From positions 3,100,001 to 3,164,000 of the forward strand of contig OZ024751.1 in the NCBI GenBank assembly GCA_964016885.1: DNA of 64,000 nucleotides, in the 5' to 3' direction. The DNA comes from Eledone cirrhosa (taxonomy: Eukaryota). The position numbers and the translations under genes are program-made. Positions 40,321 through 55,900 of this stretch are shown here, one piece after another (positions within the stretch are counted from its first letter, which is position 1; the number at the start of each line of letters is the position of its first letter). Under the pieces are notes generated by a model. It ran no database searches, was not told where the DNA came from, and saw nothing but the letters and a program-made list of their open reading frames with translations.

Positions 40321-43300
40321 AATCATCATCATCATCATCACCGTTTTACGTCCGTTCTTCCACGCTAGCATGGGTTAGACGGGTTGTCCTGTTGTGGGCA
40401 GTGTCTGGTCGGCTGACCACGCCTTGCTCATACAAGAACTGATTTGGCTTGATTTCTACAGATGGATGCCCTTCCTAACACCAACCTCATTTACAATGAG
40501 TGCTGGGTGCTTTTTCGTGGCGCCTACACGTCCACTTTACAGTGTGGGCTGGGTGCTTTTTTGTCGTGGCACCTCCACGACCACCTTGCGGTGGGAGGGT
40601 GTGGGGGCATATTGTCTATATGCTTCAGCTTGTACCCATGGGAGGTCGGGTACTCTGTATTACTGCGTGACGCCAGAAGTCACGGTCGTGTGTCATTGCC
40701 TTTGAGAGGTGTAATTGGGTAAGGTCGGCTTTTATCACCTCATCCCAGGTCATCTTGGGTCTCCCCACTCCGCGGTTTCCATCAACTTCTAGTGCTGTGC
40801 ACCTTTTTATGCAGCTGTCATCCTTCATGCGCATCACATGTCCATACCAGCGCAACCGCCTCTCCTGCACACAGCATTTGATTCCTCTTATGCTCAGTCT
40901 CTCTCTCAATTCATTTATGCTTTGTCGTTCACGTATATTACTGTTACACATCCATCGGAGCATGCAGGCTTCGTTTCTCTCTAATCTCCGTAAGTCTTCC
41001 ACCTTCAGCGCCCAGGTCTCACTACCATGCAACATCTCTGTTCGGATACACGCATCATACAGTCTGTCTTTCATTCTGAGGGAGAAGCCTTTTGCAGCTA
41101 GCAGTGGTAGTAGTTCCCTAAACTTCTTCCATCCCGTTATTACCCTAGTTATTGTATTTTCTGAACACCCACCTCTGCTGCTAATTCGGTCACCTAGGTA
41201 GCAGAAGCTGTCTACAGAGCCCTCCCAGAGATTGGTGGTACTTGTTTCCTGTGGCTGTTTTCTGCTTGCTGTCTCAGCACAGCTGCTGCATGTGAATCCT
41301 ACATTCTTAATTAAGCTTCCTGAGATCCCGCTACATCTCTTGTGTACTCATTGTTTGCATTTGGGGCATAGAATGGAGTTCCTACCTACACCTTTCCTAC
41401 ATACTGAGCAAGGCCATTTCCCTGAGGGGATATGGGTTCTGTTTTCTCGTCTACTTACAAGGACCTTAGTCTTTGTCATGTTGACTTTGAGACCCTTTCT
41501 TTCTAGTCCCTGCTTCCAAGTTTGGAATTTATTCTCTAGTTCTACTATAGATTCAGCTATGAGTGCGAGGTCATCAGCATACAGGAGTTCCCATGGGCAT
41601 CCGGTCTTAAACTCCTCCGTTATTGCCTGCAGGACTATGATGAACAGGAGGGGGCTAAGAACAGAGCCCTGGTGGACCCCAACCTGTACGCTAAATTACT
41701 CGCTATACTCATTGCTAATCCTAACTTTGCTGACTGCTCCCCTATACATGGCTTGTACCGCTTTCACAAGCCATTCATCTACTCCTAGTTTTCTAAGAGC
41801 CCACCAGATTACAGCACGTGGAACTCTGTCAAAGGCTTTCTCAAGGTCGACAAATGCCAAGTAGAGTGGCTTACTTTTAGCTAGGTACTTTTCCTGTAAT
41901 TGCCTCACAAGGAAGAGGGCATCAGTGGTGCCTCTTCCTGGTACAAACCCAAATTGTATCTCGTCTATTTTCCCCCGGTCCCTAATCAGCTGTGCTATAA
42001 CTCTTTCTGTTACTTTCATGACCTGGTCCATCAACTTTATACCTCTATAGTTTCCTCTATCTAGTGCATCGCCTTTACCTTTGTAGCAGTTGACAATGAT
42101 GCTACTGCACCAATCTTTTGGTATGGCACCTTCTAGTATTACCTGGTTAACGATACGTGTGGTTATAGTGTGACCTACAGACCCAGATGCCTTCAGCATC
42201 TCAGCAGCTATACCCGATGGACCGGTTGCCTTCCCCATAACTTTGATTGCCTTACTTACTACGCTGCTGCTGAGTTGTACTGCTGGTCCCTCTATAGGGT
42301 CTACTTGGGGTAGGGTCTCTTCTTCCCATGCATTCTCCTCATTTAGTAATCTATCATAATGACTCTTCCATGCATCTTTCCTCTCAGCACTTGTGAGGGC
42401 AAGCTCACCTTTATCATTCCGGATACACTTCTCTCCAATGACATCACAACTATCTCTGACACACTGCCTCGCAATCTTGAATACCTCCTGTTTCTGGTCC
42501 TCACGTTGCAAAACATGCTTGAATTTTCTATCCTCTGCTTCCCTCCTAGCTAAGTATACTTGTCGCCTAGCTTCCCTCTTGGTCTCTATGTAATGTACCC
42601 TGCTCCCCCCGTTCTTCCATTCTTTCCATGCCTGTCTCTTGGCCTTAACTGCTTCATCTACCTTATTGTTCCACCACCAAGTCACTCTCCTCCTGCTTGA
42701 GGTCTTACTCCAGCCACAGACCTCATTCGTCGCCTCTAGTAAATTATTTTTTAGGAACTCCCAGTTCTCTTCTACATTGAATGTCTATCTGTTCTTCTTT
42801 ACTGTCGTAGGAGTTGAGTAAAATATCTTTAAATCTGTTACTGGTTGAGGGGACTTTCAGCTTCCAGATCTTTCTTCTCCAGGTTGGCCTCTGTTTCCGG
42901 GTTCGTCTAGTTCTGGCCGTGAGGTCGCTGACAACTAAGCTATGTTGGGATGTACATTCCTCACTAGGGAAGGCTTTTGTGTTTACGACCGTCCATCTGT
43001 CACGTCCTCTGATGAGGATAAAATCTAACTGACTAGAGTGCTCCCCAGGTGATCAGGTGGTTGTCGGGTTTTTTAAAGTTTGTGTTACATATCGACATGT
43101 CATTGGCGTCGCAGAATTCTAGAAATCTGAATCCTTCCTCATTCCTTGTGCCAACCCCATGGCCTCCATGTACTCTATTGAAGCCGTCGCAGTGTTTACC
43201 TACGTGTCCGTTAAAATCTCCTGCGATGATTAGGAAGTCATTGTCGTCTGTTAGAGCAGTAGTGTGCATTAGAGACTCGTAAAACCTATCCTTAAGTTCG

Positions 43301-43990
43301 TCTGGCAGCCCCGATTGGGGTGCGTAAGCTGATATTATTGTGGTAATTGTTTTATTCAGGACTAGTCTGAGTTTAATGATTCTTGCATTTACCCTGTACA
43401 CTGAGATTACTTTATCTACCCACTTGTCAGCTAGTAGTATACCTACACCACCCATTCCATCGTCATTTCCCACCCAGAAAAATTTGTAGCACCGACTTTT
43501 TCCTACGAGGACTCTGGCAGACTCTCCTCTCCATCTAGTCTCCTGCTCACAGCATACATCAATTTCCTTTCGCTCTAGCATTTCTACGATTTCTCCTGCT
43601 CTTCCTTTCATTGAGCATACATTGATGGTACCAACTCGGAGTTTTGGGCATTTGTCAACACTCGTAGGGAAGGGTCTTTGAGTTGGCGTTTCACGTGGGT
43701 GATTGGTAGCTCGCAGATTCATATTTCATCTATTGATTCAGAGTTGCTCAAATTTATTCTCAGCTCATCCATCCATAACGGTGGGAAAATTGAGGGCTAG
43801 AAGAACAGTGGTGGTGGGATAATGGCAGAGTGTGTTCGGCTGCGACAGGGGAGGAGAGAGTTAGTTAGGTAGTGGTAGTAGTAGTAGTAGTAGTAGCAGC
43901 AGCCATAGAAATGGCATGCTGAGGTTTGATTGGTCGAATAGGCTATGGCGGTGTGAGGAGGTGGGAGTGGGGTGGGGGGATTGTGAGGTA
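40321..43990 (-). mobile_element. Near full-length RTE-clade LINE with (TGA)n tail
   Basis: Tail 40322-40340, 3' UTR, disrupted APE-RT ORF, 5' leader to ~43990. Confidence 0.92.
40625..43722 (-). pseudogene. RTE ORF: APE endonuclease, reverse transcriptase and Cys-rich finger insert; several frameshifts or stops
   Basis: GTINVCSM, QETRW, SAYAPQ, IAGDFNGHVG; NYRGIKL, QFGF, AFVDLEKAFDRV, QGSVLSPLLF, LYADD; GKWPCSVCRKGVG.NSI.C..C...VHKRC; MLHGSETW, RRLRWYGHVMR. Confidence 0.92.
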
Positions 43991-46900
43991 GGCACTGAGG
44001 GTCGCCTTCAAGACCGCATGGTAAATCCGAAATAATACAGCAGAAAAACAGGGTAAATCCGAAATAATACAGCAGAACACAGCAGTAATAATAATAATAA
44101 TAACGTCATAAGAGCTAAGATACCTTCGTAAATTTGTATGGATGGGTGGCTGCAACGAGACCGAATCAACTCTAGTGACACATTTTAGCAGTTAAGGAGA
44201 AAGTGTCTCATCTCTTCAATAGCTTAAAGACGAGTGATAGGGTAGCCACCATAGAGAGAGATATAGAGAGGGGGGCACTGAGGGTCGCCTTCAAGACCGC
44301 ATGGTAAATCCGAAATAATACAGCAGAAAAACAGGGTAAATCTGAAATAATACAGCAGAAAACAGCAGTAATATTAATAATAATAACGTCATAAGAGCTA
44401 AGATACCTTCGTAAATTTGTATGGATGGGTGGCTAGAACGAAACCGAATCAACTCTAGTGACACATTTTAGCAGATAAGGAGAAAGTGTTTTATCTCTTC
44501 AATAGCTTCAAGACGAGTGATAGGGTAGCCAGCATAGGGAGAGATATAGAGAGCTAAGATACCTTCGTAAATTTGTATGGATGGGTTGCTGGAACGAAAC
44601 CGAATCAACTCTAGTGACACATTTTAGCAGTAAAGGAGAAAGTGTCTCATCTCTTCAATAGCTTCAAGACGACTGATAGGGTAGCCATCATAGAGAGAGA
44701 TATAGAGAGGGGGGCACTGAGGGTCGCCTTCAAGACCGCATGGTAAATCCAAAATAATACAGCAGAAAAACAACAGCAATATTAATAATAATAACGTCAT
44801 AAGAGCTAAGATACCTTCGTAAATTTGTATGGATGGGTGGCTAGAACGAAACCGAATCAACTCTAGTGACACATTTTAGCAGATAAGGAGAAAGTGTCTT
44901 ATCTCTTCAATAACTTCAAGACGAGTGATAGGGTAGCCATCATAGAGAGTGATATAGAGAAGGGGGCACTGAGGTTCGCCTTCAAAACCGCATGGTAAAT
45001 CCGAAATAATACAGCAGAAAAACAGGGTAAATCCGAAATAATACAGCAGAACACAGCAGTAATAATAATAATAATAACGTCATAAGAGCTAAGATACCTT
45101 CGTAAATTTGTATGGATGGGTGGCTGCAACGAGACCGAATCAACTCTAGTGACACATTTTAGCAGTTAAGGAGAAAGTGTCTCATCTCTTCAATAGCTTA
45201 AAGACGAGTGATAGGGTAGCCATCACAGAGAGAGATATAGAGAGGGGGGCACTGAGGGTCACCTTCAGGACCACATGGTAATTCCGAAATATTACAGCAG
45301 AAAACAGCAGTGATGTTAATAACAATAACGTCATAAGAGCTAAGATACCTTCGTAAATTTGTATGGATGGGTGGCTGGAACGAAACCGAATCAACTCGAG
45401 TGACACATTTTAGCAGATAAGGAGAAAGTGTCTTATCTCTTCAATAACTTCAAGACGAGTGATAGGGTAGCCATCATAGAGAGTGATATAGAGAGGGGGG
45501 CACTGAGGGTCGCCTTCAAGACCGCATGGTAATTCCGAAATAATACAGCAGAAAAACAGGGTAAATCCGAAATAATACAGCAGAAAACAGCAGTAATATT
45601 AATAATAATAACATCATAAGAGCTAAGATACCTTCGTAAATTTGTATGGATGGGTGGCTGGAACGAAACCGAATCAACTCTAGTGACACATTTTAGCAGA
45701 TAAGGAGAAAGTGTCTCATCTTTTCAATAGCTTCACGACGAGTGTTAGTGTAGCCACCATAGAGAGAGATATAGAGAGGGGTCCACTGAGGGTCGCCTTC
45801 AAGACCGCATGGTAAATCCGAAATAATACAGCAGAAAACAGCAGTAATATTAATAATAATAACGTCATAAGAGCCAAGATACCTTCGTAAATTTGTATGG
45901 ATGGGTGGCTGGAACGAAACCGAATCAACTCTAGTGACACATTTTATCAGATAAGGAGAAAGTGTCTTATCTCTTCAATAGCTTAGAGACGCGTGATGGG
46001 GTAGCCATCATAGAGAGAGAGATAGAGAGGGGGGCACTGCGGGTCGCCTTCAAGACCGCATGGTAATTCCGAAATAATACAGCAGAAAAACAGGGTAAAT
46101 CCGAAATAATACAGCAGAAAACAGCAGTAATATTAATAATAATAACGTCATAAGAGCTAAGATACCTTTGAAAATATGTATGGATGGGTGGCTGGAACGA
46201 AACCGAATCAACTCTAGTGACACATTTTAGGAGATAATGAGAAAGTGTCTCATCTCTTCAATAGCTTCAAGACGAGAGATAGTGTAGCCACCATAGAGAG
46301 AGATATAGAGAGGGGCCCACTGAGGATCGCCTTCAAGACCGCATCGTAAATCCGAAATAATACAGCAGAAAAACAGGGTAAATCCGAAATAATACAGCAG
46401 AAAACAGCAGTAATATTAATAATAATAACGTCATAAGAGCTAAGATACCTTCGTAAATTTGTATGGATGGGTGGCTGGAACGAAACCGAATCAACTCTAG
46501 TGACACATTTTAGCAGATAAGGAGAAAGTGTCTCATCTCTTCAATAGCTTTACGACGAGTGATAGGGTAGCCACCATAGAGAGAGATATAGAGAGGGGCC
46601 CACCGAGGGTCGCCTTCAAGAGCGCATGGTAAATCCGAAATAATACAGCAGAAAACAGCAGTAATATTAATAATAATAACGTCATAAGAGCTAAGATACC
46701 TTCGTAAATTTGTATGGATGGGTGGCTGGGACCAAACCGAATCAAATCTAGTGACACATTTTAGCAGATAAGGAGAAAGTGTCTTATCTCTTCAATAGCT
46801 TCAAAACGAGTGATGGGGTAGCCATCATTGAGAGAGATATAGAGGGTCGCCTTCAAGACCGCATGGTAAATCCGAAATAATACAGCAGAAAACAGCAGTA

Positions 46901-49900
46901 ATATTAATAATAACAACGTCATAAGAGCTAAGATACCTTCGTAAATTTGTATGGATGGGTGGCTGGAACAAAACTGAATTGACTCTAGTGACACATTTTA
47001 GCAGTAAGGAGAAAGTGTCATATCTCTTCAATAGCTTCAAAACGAGTGATGGGGTAGCCATCATAGAGAGAGATATAGAAAGGGGGGCACTGAGGGTCGC
47101 CTTCAAGACCGCATAGTAAATCCGAAATAATACAGCAGAAAACAGCAGTAATATTAATAATAATAACGTCATAAGAGCTAAGATACCTTCGTAAATTTGT
47201 ATGGATGGCTGGCTGGAACGAAACCGAATCAACTCTAGTGACACATTTTAGCAGTTAGGGAGAAAGTGTCTTATCTCTTCAATAGCTTCAAGACGAGTGA
47301 TAGGGTAGCCATCATAGAGAGAGATATAGAGAGGGGGCGGCACTGAGGGTCGCCTTCAAGACCGCATGGTAAATCCGAAATAATACAGCAGAAAACAGCG
47401 CTAATATTAATAATAATAACGTCATAAGATCTAAGATTCCTTTGAAAATATGTATGGATGGGTGGCTGGAACGAAACCGAATCAACTCTAGTGACACATT
47501 TTAGGAGATAAGGAGAAAGTGTCTCATCTCTTCAATAGTTTCAAGACGAGAGATAGGGTAGCCACAATAGAGAGAGATATAGAGAGGGGGCAGCATTGAG
47601 GGTCGCCTTCAAGACCGCATCGTAAATCCGAAATAATACAGCAGAAAAACAGGGTAAATCCGAAATAATACAGCAGAAAACAGCAGTAATATTAATAATA
47701 ATAACGTCATAAGAGCTAAGATACCTTCGTAAATTTGTATGGATGGGTGGCTGGAACGAAACCGAATCAACTCTAGTGACACATTTTAGCAGATAAAGAG
47801 ACAGTGTCTTATCTCTTCAATAGCTTCAAGACGAGTGATGGGGTAGCCATCATAGAGAGAGATATAGAGAGGGAGGGCACTGAGGGTCGCCTTCAAGACC
47901 GCATGGTAATTCCGAAATAATACAGCAGAAAAACAGGGTAAATTCGAAATAATACAGCAGAAAACAGCAGTAATATTAATAATAATAACGTCATAAGAGC
48001 TAAGATACCTTCCTAAATTTGTATGGATGGGTGGCTGGAACGAAACCGAATCAACTCTAGTGACACATTTTAGCAGATAAAGAGACAGTGTCTTATCTCT
48101 TCAATAGCTTCAAGACGAGTGATAGGGTAGCCACAATAGAGAGAGATATAGAGAGGGGGCAGCTCTGAGGGTCGCCTTCAAAACCGCATCGTAAATCCGA
48201 AATAATACAGCAGAAAAACAGGGTAAATCCGAAATAATACAGCAGAAAAACAGCAGTAATATTAATAATAATAACGTCATAAGAGCTAAGATGCATTCGT
48301 AAATTTGTATGGATGGGTGGCTGGAACGAAAGCGAATCAACTCTAGTGACACATTTTAGCAGTTAGGGAGAAAGTGTCTTATATCTTCAATAGCTTCAAG
48401 ACGAGTGATAGGGTAGCTATCATAGAGAGAGATATAGAGAGGGCGGCACTGATGGTCGCCTTCAAGACCGCATGGTAAATCCGAAATAATAAAGCAGAAA
48501 AAGAGGGTAAATCCGAAATAATATATCAGAAAACAGCAATAATATTAATAATAATAACGTCATAAGAGCTAAGATACCTTCGTAAATATTTATGGATGGG
48601 TGGCTGGAACAAAACCGAATCAACTCTAGTGACACATTTTAGCAGATAAAGAGACAGTGTCTTATCTCTTCAATAGCTTCAAGACGAGTGATGGGGTAGC
48701 CATCATAGAGAGAGATATAGAGAGGGAGGCACTGAGGGTCGCCTTCAAGACCGCATGGTAAATCCGAAATAATACAGCAGAAAACAGCAGTAATATTAAT
48801 AATAATAACGTCATAAGAGCTAAGATACCTTCGTAAATTTGTATGGATGGGTGGCTTGAACGAAACCGAATCAACTCTAGTGACACATTTTCGGAGACAA
48901 GGAGAAAGTGTCTCATCTCTTCAATAGCTTAAAGACGAGTGATAGGGTAGCCATCATGGAGAGAGATATAGAGAGGGAAGCACTGAGGGTCGCCTTCAAG
49001 ACCGCATGGTAAATCCGAAATAATACAGCAGAAAAAGAGGGGAAATCCGAAATAATACAGCAGAAAACAGCAGTAATATTAATAATAATAACGTCATAAG
49101 GGCTAAGATACCTTCGTAAATTTGTATGGATGGGTGGCTGGAACGAAACCGAATCAACTCTAGTGACACATTTTAGCAGATAAAGAGACAGTGTCTTATC
49201 TCTTCAATAGCTTCAAGACGAGTGATGGGGTAGCCATCATAGAGAGAGATATAGAGAGGGAGGGCACTGAGGGTCGCCTTCAAGACCGCATGGTAATTCC
49301 GAAATAATACAGCAGAAAAACAGGGTAAATTCGAAATAATACAGCAGAAAACAGCAGTAATATTTATAATAATAACGTCATAAGAGCTAAGATACCTTTG
49401 AAAATATGTATGGATGGGTGGCTGGAACGAAACCGAATCAACTCTAGTGACACATTTTAGGAGATAATGAGAAAGTGTCTCATCTCTTCAATAGCTTCAA
49501 GACGAGAGATAGTGTAGCCACCATAGAGAGAGATATAGAGAGGGGCCCACTGAGGATCGCCTTCAAGACCGCATCGTAAATCCGAAATAATACAGCAGAA
49601 AAACAGGGTAAATCCGAAATAATACAGCAGAAAACAGCAGTAATATTAATAATAATAACGTCATAAGAGCTAAGATACCTTCGTAAATTTGTATGGATGG
49701 GTGGCTGGAACGAAACCGAATCAACTCTAGTGACACATTTTAGCAGATAAGGAGAAAGTGTCTCATCTCTTCAATAGCTTTACGACGAGTGATAGGGTAG
49801 CCACCATAGAGAGAGATATAGAGAGGGGCCCACCGAGGGTCGCCTTCAAGAGCGCATGGTAAATCCGAAATAATACAGCAGAAAACAGCAGTAATATTAA

Positions 49901-52900
49901 TAATAATAACGTCATAAGAGCTAAGATACCTTCGTAAATTTGTATGGATGGGTGGCTGGGACCAAACCGAATCAAATCTAGTGACACATTTTAGCAGATA
50001 AGGAGAAAGTGTCTTATCTCTTCAATAGCTTCAAAACGAGTGATGGGGTAGCCATCATTGAGAGAGATATAGAGGGTCGCCTTCAAGACCGCATGGTAAA
50101 TCCGAAATAATACAGCAGAAAACAGCAGTAATATTAATAATAACAACGTCATAAGAGCTAAGATACCTTCGTAAATTTGTATGGATGGGTGGCTGGAACA
50201 AAACTGAATTGACTCTAGTGACACATTTTAGCAGTAAGGAGAAAGTGTCATATCTCTTCAATAGCTTCAAAACGAGTGATGGGGTAGCCATCATAGAGAG
50301 AGATATAGAAAGGGGGGCACTGAGGGTCGCCTTCAAGACCGCATAGTAAATCCGAAATAATACAGCAGAAAACAGCAGTAATATTAATAATAATAACGTC
50401 ATAAGAGCTAAGATACCTTCGTAAATTTGTATGGATGGCTGGCTGGAACGAAACCGAATCAACTCTAGTGACACATTTTAGCAGTTAGGGAGAAAGTGTC
50501 TTATCTCTTCAATAGCTTCAAGACGAGTGATAGGGTAGCCATCATAGAGAGAGATATAGAGAGGGGGCGGCACTGAGGGTCGCCTTCAAGACCGCATGGT
50601 AAATCCGAAATAATACAGCAGAAAACAGCGCTAATATTAATAATAATAACGTCATAAGATCTAAGATTCCTTTGAAAATATGTATGGATGGGTGGCTGGA
50701 ACGAAACCGAATCAACTCTAGTGACACATTTTAGGAGATAAGGAGAAAGTGTCTCATCTCTTCAATAGTTTCAAGACGAGAGATAGGGTAGCCACAATAG
50801 AGAGAGATATAGAGAGGGGGCAGCATTGAGGGTCGCCTTCAAGACCGCATCGTAAATCCGAAATAATACAGCAGAAAAACAGGGTAAATCCGAAATAATA
50901 CAGCAGAAAACAGCAGTAATATTAATAATAATAACGTCATAAGAGCTAAGATACCTTCGTAAATTTGTATGGATGGGTGGCTGGAACGAAACCGAATCAA
51001 CTCTAGTGACACATTTTAGCAGATAAAGAGACAGTGTCTTATCTCTTCAATAGCTTCAAGACGAGTGATGGGGTAGCCATCATAGAGAGAGATATAGAGA
51101 GGGAGGGCACTGAGGGTCGCCTTCAAGACCGCATGGTAATTCCGAAATAATACAGCAGAAAAACAGGGTAAATTCGAAATAATACAGCAGAAAACAGCAG
51201 TAATATTAATAATAATAACGTCATAAGAGCTAAGATACCTTCCTAAATTTGTATGGATGGGTGGCTGGAACGAAACCGAATCAACTCTAGTGACACATTT
51301 TAGCAGATAAAGAGACAGTGTCTTATCTCTTCAATAGCTTCAAGACGAGTGATAGGGTAGCCACAATAGAGAGAGATATAGAGAGGGGGCAGCTCTGAGG
51401 GTCGCCTTCAAAACCGCATCGTAAATCCGAAATAATACAGCAGAAAAACAGGGTAAATCCGAAATAATACAGCAGAAAAACAGCAGTAATATTAATAATA
51501 ATAACGTCATAAGAGCTAAGATGCATTCGTAAATTTGTATGGATGGGTGGCTGGAACGAAAGCGAATCAACTCTAGTGACACATTTTAGCAGTTAGGGAG
51601 AAAGTGTCTTATATCTTCAATAGCTTCAAGACGAGTGATAGGGTAGCTATCATAGAGAGAGATATAGAGAGGGCGGCACTGATGGTCGCCTTCAAGACCG
51701 CATGGTAAATCCGAAATAATAAAGCAGAAAAAGAGGGTAAATCCGAAATAATATATCAGAAAACAGCAATAATATTAATAATAATAACGTCATAAGAGCT
51801 AAGATACCTTCGTAAATATTTATGGATGGGTGGCTGGAACAAAACCGAATCAACTCTAGTGACACATTTTAGCAGATAAAGAGACAGTGTCTTATCTCTT
51901 CAATAGCTTCAAGACGAGTGATGGGGTAGCCATCATAGAGAGAGATATAGAGAGGGAGGCACTGAGGGTCGCCTTCAAGACCGCATGGTAAATCCGAAAT
52001 AATACAGCAGAAAACAGCAGTAATATTAATAATAATAACGTCATAAGAGCTAAGATACCTTCGTAAATTTGTATGGATGGGTGGCTTGAACGAAACCGAA
52101 TCAACTCTAGTGACACATTTTCGGAGACAAGGAGAAAGTGTCTCATCTCTTCAATAGCTTAAAGACGAGTGATAGGGTAGCCATCATGGAGAGAGATATA
52201 GAGAGGGAAGCACTGAGGGTCGCCTTCAAGACCGCATGGTAAATCCGAAATAATACAGCAGAAAAAGAGGGGAAATCCGAAATAATACAGCAGAAAACAG
52301 CAGTAATATTAATAATAATAACGTCATAAGGGCTAAGATACCTTCGTAAATTTGTATGGATGGGTGGCTGGAACGAAACCGAATCAACTCTAGTGACACA
52401 TTTTAGCAGATAAAGAGACAGTGTCTTATCTCTTCAATAGCTTCAAGACGAGTGATGGGGTAGCCATCATAGAGAGAGATATAGAGAGGGAGGGCACTGA
52501 GGGTCGCCTTCAAGACCGCATGGTAATTCCGAAATAATACAGCAGAAAAACAGGGTAAATTCGAAATAATACAGCAGAAAACAGCAGTAATATTTATAAT
52601 AATAACGTCATAAGAGCTAAGATACCTTCCTAAATTTGTATGGATGGGTGGCTGGAACGAAACCGAATCAACTCTAGTGACACATTTTAGCAGATAAAGA
52701 GACAGTGTCTTATCTCTTCAATAGCTTCAAGACGAGTGATAGGGTAGCCACAATAGAGAGAGATATAGAGAGGGGGCAGCTCTGAGGGTCGCCTTCAAGA
52801 CCGCATCGTAAATCCGAAATAATACAGCAGAAAAACAGGGTAAATCCGAAATAATACAGCAGAAAACAGCAGTAATATTAATAATAATAACGTCATAAGA

Positions 52901-55900
52901 GCTAAGATACATTCGTAAATTTGTATGGATGGGTGGCTGGAACGAAAGCGAATCAACTCTAGTGACACATTTTAGCAGTTAGGGAGAAAGTGTCTTATAT
53001 CTTCAATAGCTTCAAGACGAGTGATAGGGTAGCTATCATAGAGAGAGATATAGAGAGGGCGGCACTGATGGTCGCCTTCAAGACCGCATGGTAAATCCGA
53101 AATAATAAAGCAGAAAAAGAGGGTAAATCCGAAATAATATATCAGAAAACAGCAATAATATTAATAATGATAACGTCATAAGAGCTAAGATACCTTCGTA
53201 AATATTTATGGATGGGTGGCTGGAACAAAACCGAATCAACTCTAGTGACACATTTTAGCAGATAAAGAGACAGTGTCTTATCTCTTCAATAGCTTCAAGA
53301 CGAGTGATGGGGTAGCCATCATAGAGAGAGATATAGAGAGGGAGGCACTGAGAGTCGCCTTCAAGACCGCATGGTAAATCCGAAATAATACAGCAGAAAA
53401 CAGCAGTAATATTAATAATAATAACGTCATAAGAGCTAAGATACCTTCGTAAATTTGTATGGATGGGTGGCTGGAACGAAACCGAATCAACTCTAGTGAC
53501 ACATTTTAGCAGATAAGGAGAAATTGTCTTATCTCTTCAACAGCTTCAAGACGAGTGATAGGGTAGTCATCATAGAGAGAGATATAGAGAGGGGGGCTCT
53601 GAGGGTCGCCTTCAAGACCGCATGGTAAATCCGAAATAATACAGCAGAAAAACAGGGTAAATCCGAAATAATACAGCAGAAAACAGCAGTAATATTAATA
53701 ATAATAACGTCATAAGAGCTAAGATAACTTCGTAAATTTGTATGGATGGGTGGCTTGAACGAAACCGAATCAACTCTAGTGACACATTTTCGGAGACAAG
53801 GAGAAAGTGTCTCATCTCTTCAATAGCTTAAAGACGAGTGATAGGGTAGCCATCATGGAGAGAGATATAGAGAGGGAAGCACTGAGGGTCGCCTTCAAGA
53901 CCGCATGGTAAATCCGAAATAATACAGCAGAAAAAGAGGGTAAATCCGAAATAATACAGCAGAAAACAGCAGTAATATTAATAATAATAACGTCATAAGA
54001 GCTAAGATACCTTCGTAAATTTGTATGGATGGGTGGCTGGAACGAAACCGAATCAACTCTAGTGACACATTTTAGCAGATAAAGAGACAGTGTCTTATCT
54101 CTTCAATAGCTTCAAGACGAGTGATGGGGTAGCCATCATAGAGAGAGATATAGAGAGGGAGGGCACTGAGGGTCGCCTTCAAGACCGCATGGTAATTCCG
54201 AAATAATACAGCAGAAAAACAGGGTAAATTCGAAATAATACAGCAGAAAACAGCAGTAATATTAATAATAATAACGTCATAAGAGCTAAGATGCCTTCCT
54301 AAATTTGTATGGATGGGTGGCTGGAACGAAACCGAATCAACTCTAGTGACACATTTTAGCAGATAAAGAGACAGTGTCTTATCTCTTCAATAGCTTCAAG
54401 ACGAGTGATAGGGTAGCCACAATAGAGAGAGATATAGAGAGGGGGCAGCTCTGAGGGTCGCCTTCAAGACCGCATCGTAAATCCGAAATAATACAGCAGA
54501 AAAACAGGGTAAATCCGAAATAATACAGCAGAAAACAGCAGTAATATTAATAATAATAACGTCATAAGAGCTAAGATACATTCGTAAATTTGTATGGATG
54601 GGTGGCTGGAACAAAAGCGAATCAACTCTAGTGACACAATTTAGCAGTTAGGGAGAAAGTGTCTTATATCTTCAATAGCTTCAAGACGAGTGATAGGGTA
54701 GCTATCATAGAGAAAGATATAGAGAGGGCGGCACTGATGGTCGCCTTCAAGACCGCATGGTAAATCCGAAATAATAAAGCAGAAAAAGAGGGTAAATCCT
54801 AAATAATATATCAGAAAACAGCAATAATATTAATAATAATAACGTCATAAGAGCTAAGATACCTTCGTAAATATTTATGGATGGGTGGCTGGAACAAAAC
54901 CGAATCAACTCTAGTGACACATTTTAGCAGATAAAGAGACAGTGTCTTATCTCTTCAATAGCTTCAAGACGAGTGATGGGGTAGCCATCATAGAGAGAGA
55001 TATAGAGAGGGAGGCACTGAGGGTCGCCTTCAAGACCGCATGGTAAATCCGAAATAATACAGCAGAAAAACAGGGTAAATTCGAAATAATACAGCAGAAA
55101 ACAGCAGTAATATTAATAATAATAACGTCATAAGAGCTAAGATACCTTTGAAAATGTGTATGGATGGGTGGCTGGAACGAAACCGAATCAACTCTAGTGA
55201 CACATTTTAGCAGTTAAGGAGAAAGTGTCTTATCTCTTCAATAGCTTCAAGACGAGTGATAGGGTAGCCACAATAGAGAGAGATATAGAGTGGGGGGCAC
55301 TGAGGGTCGCCTTCAAGACCGCATGGTAAATCCGAAATAATACAGCAGAAAACAGCAGTAATATTAATAATAATAACGTCATAAGAGCTAAGATACCTTC
55401 GTAAATTTGTATGGATGGGTGGCTGGAACGAAACCGAATTAACTCTAGTGACACATTTTAGCAGTTAAGGAGAAAGTGTCTTATCTCTTCAATAGCTTCA
55501 AGACGAGTGATAGGGTAGCCATCATTGAGAGAGATATAGAGAGGGGGCGGCACTGAGCTCGCCTTCAAGACAGCATGGTAAATCCGAAATAATACACCAG
55601 AAAACAGCAGTAATATTAATAATAATAATGTCATAAGAGCTAAGATACCTTTGAAAATATTTGTATGGATGGGTGGCTGGAACGAAACCGAATCAACTCT
55701 AGTGACACATTTTCGGAGATAAGGAGAAAGTGTCTCATCTCTTCAATAGCTTCAAGACGAGTGATAGGGTAGCCACTATAGAGAGAGATATAGAGAGGGG
55801 GCAGCACTGAGGGTCGCCTTCAAGACCGCATGGTAAATCCGAAATAATACAGCAGAAAACCAGGGTAAATCAGAAATAATACAGCAGAAAACAGCAGTAA

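Noticed and set aside
41571-41584. CTGATGA on the minus strand inside the RTE
   Set aside because: It is the YADD codon string of the RT; no hammerhead helices.
36030-43282. Antisense ORFs overlapping PLE and RTE coding regions (e.g. 36030..36383, 41232..41864)
   Set aside because: Shadow frames of retroelement ORFs with no recognisable motifs.
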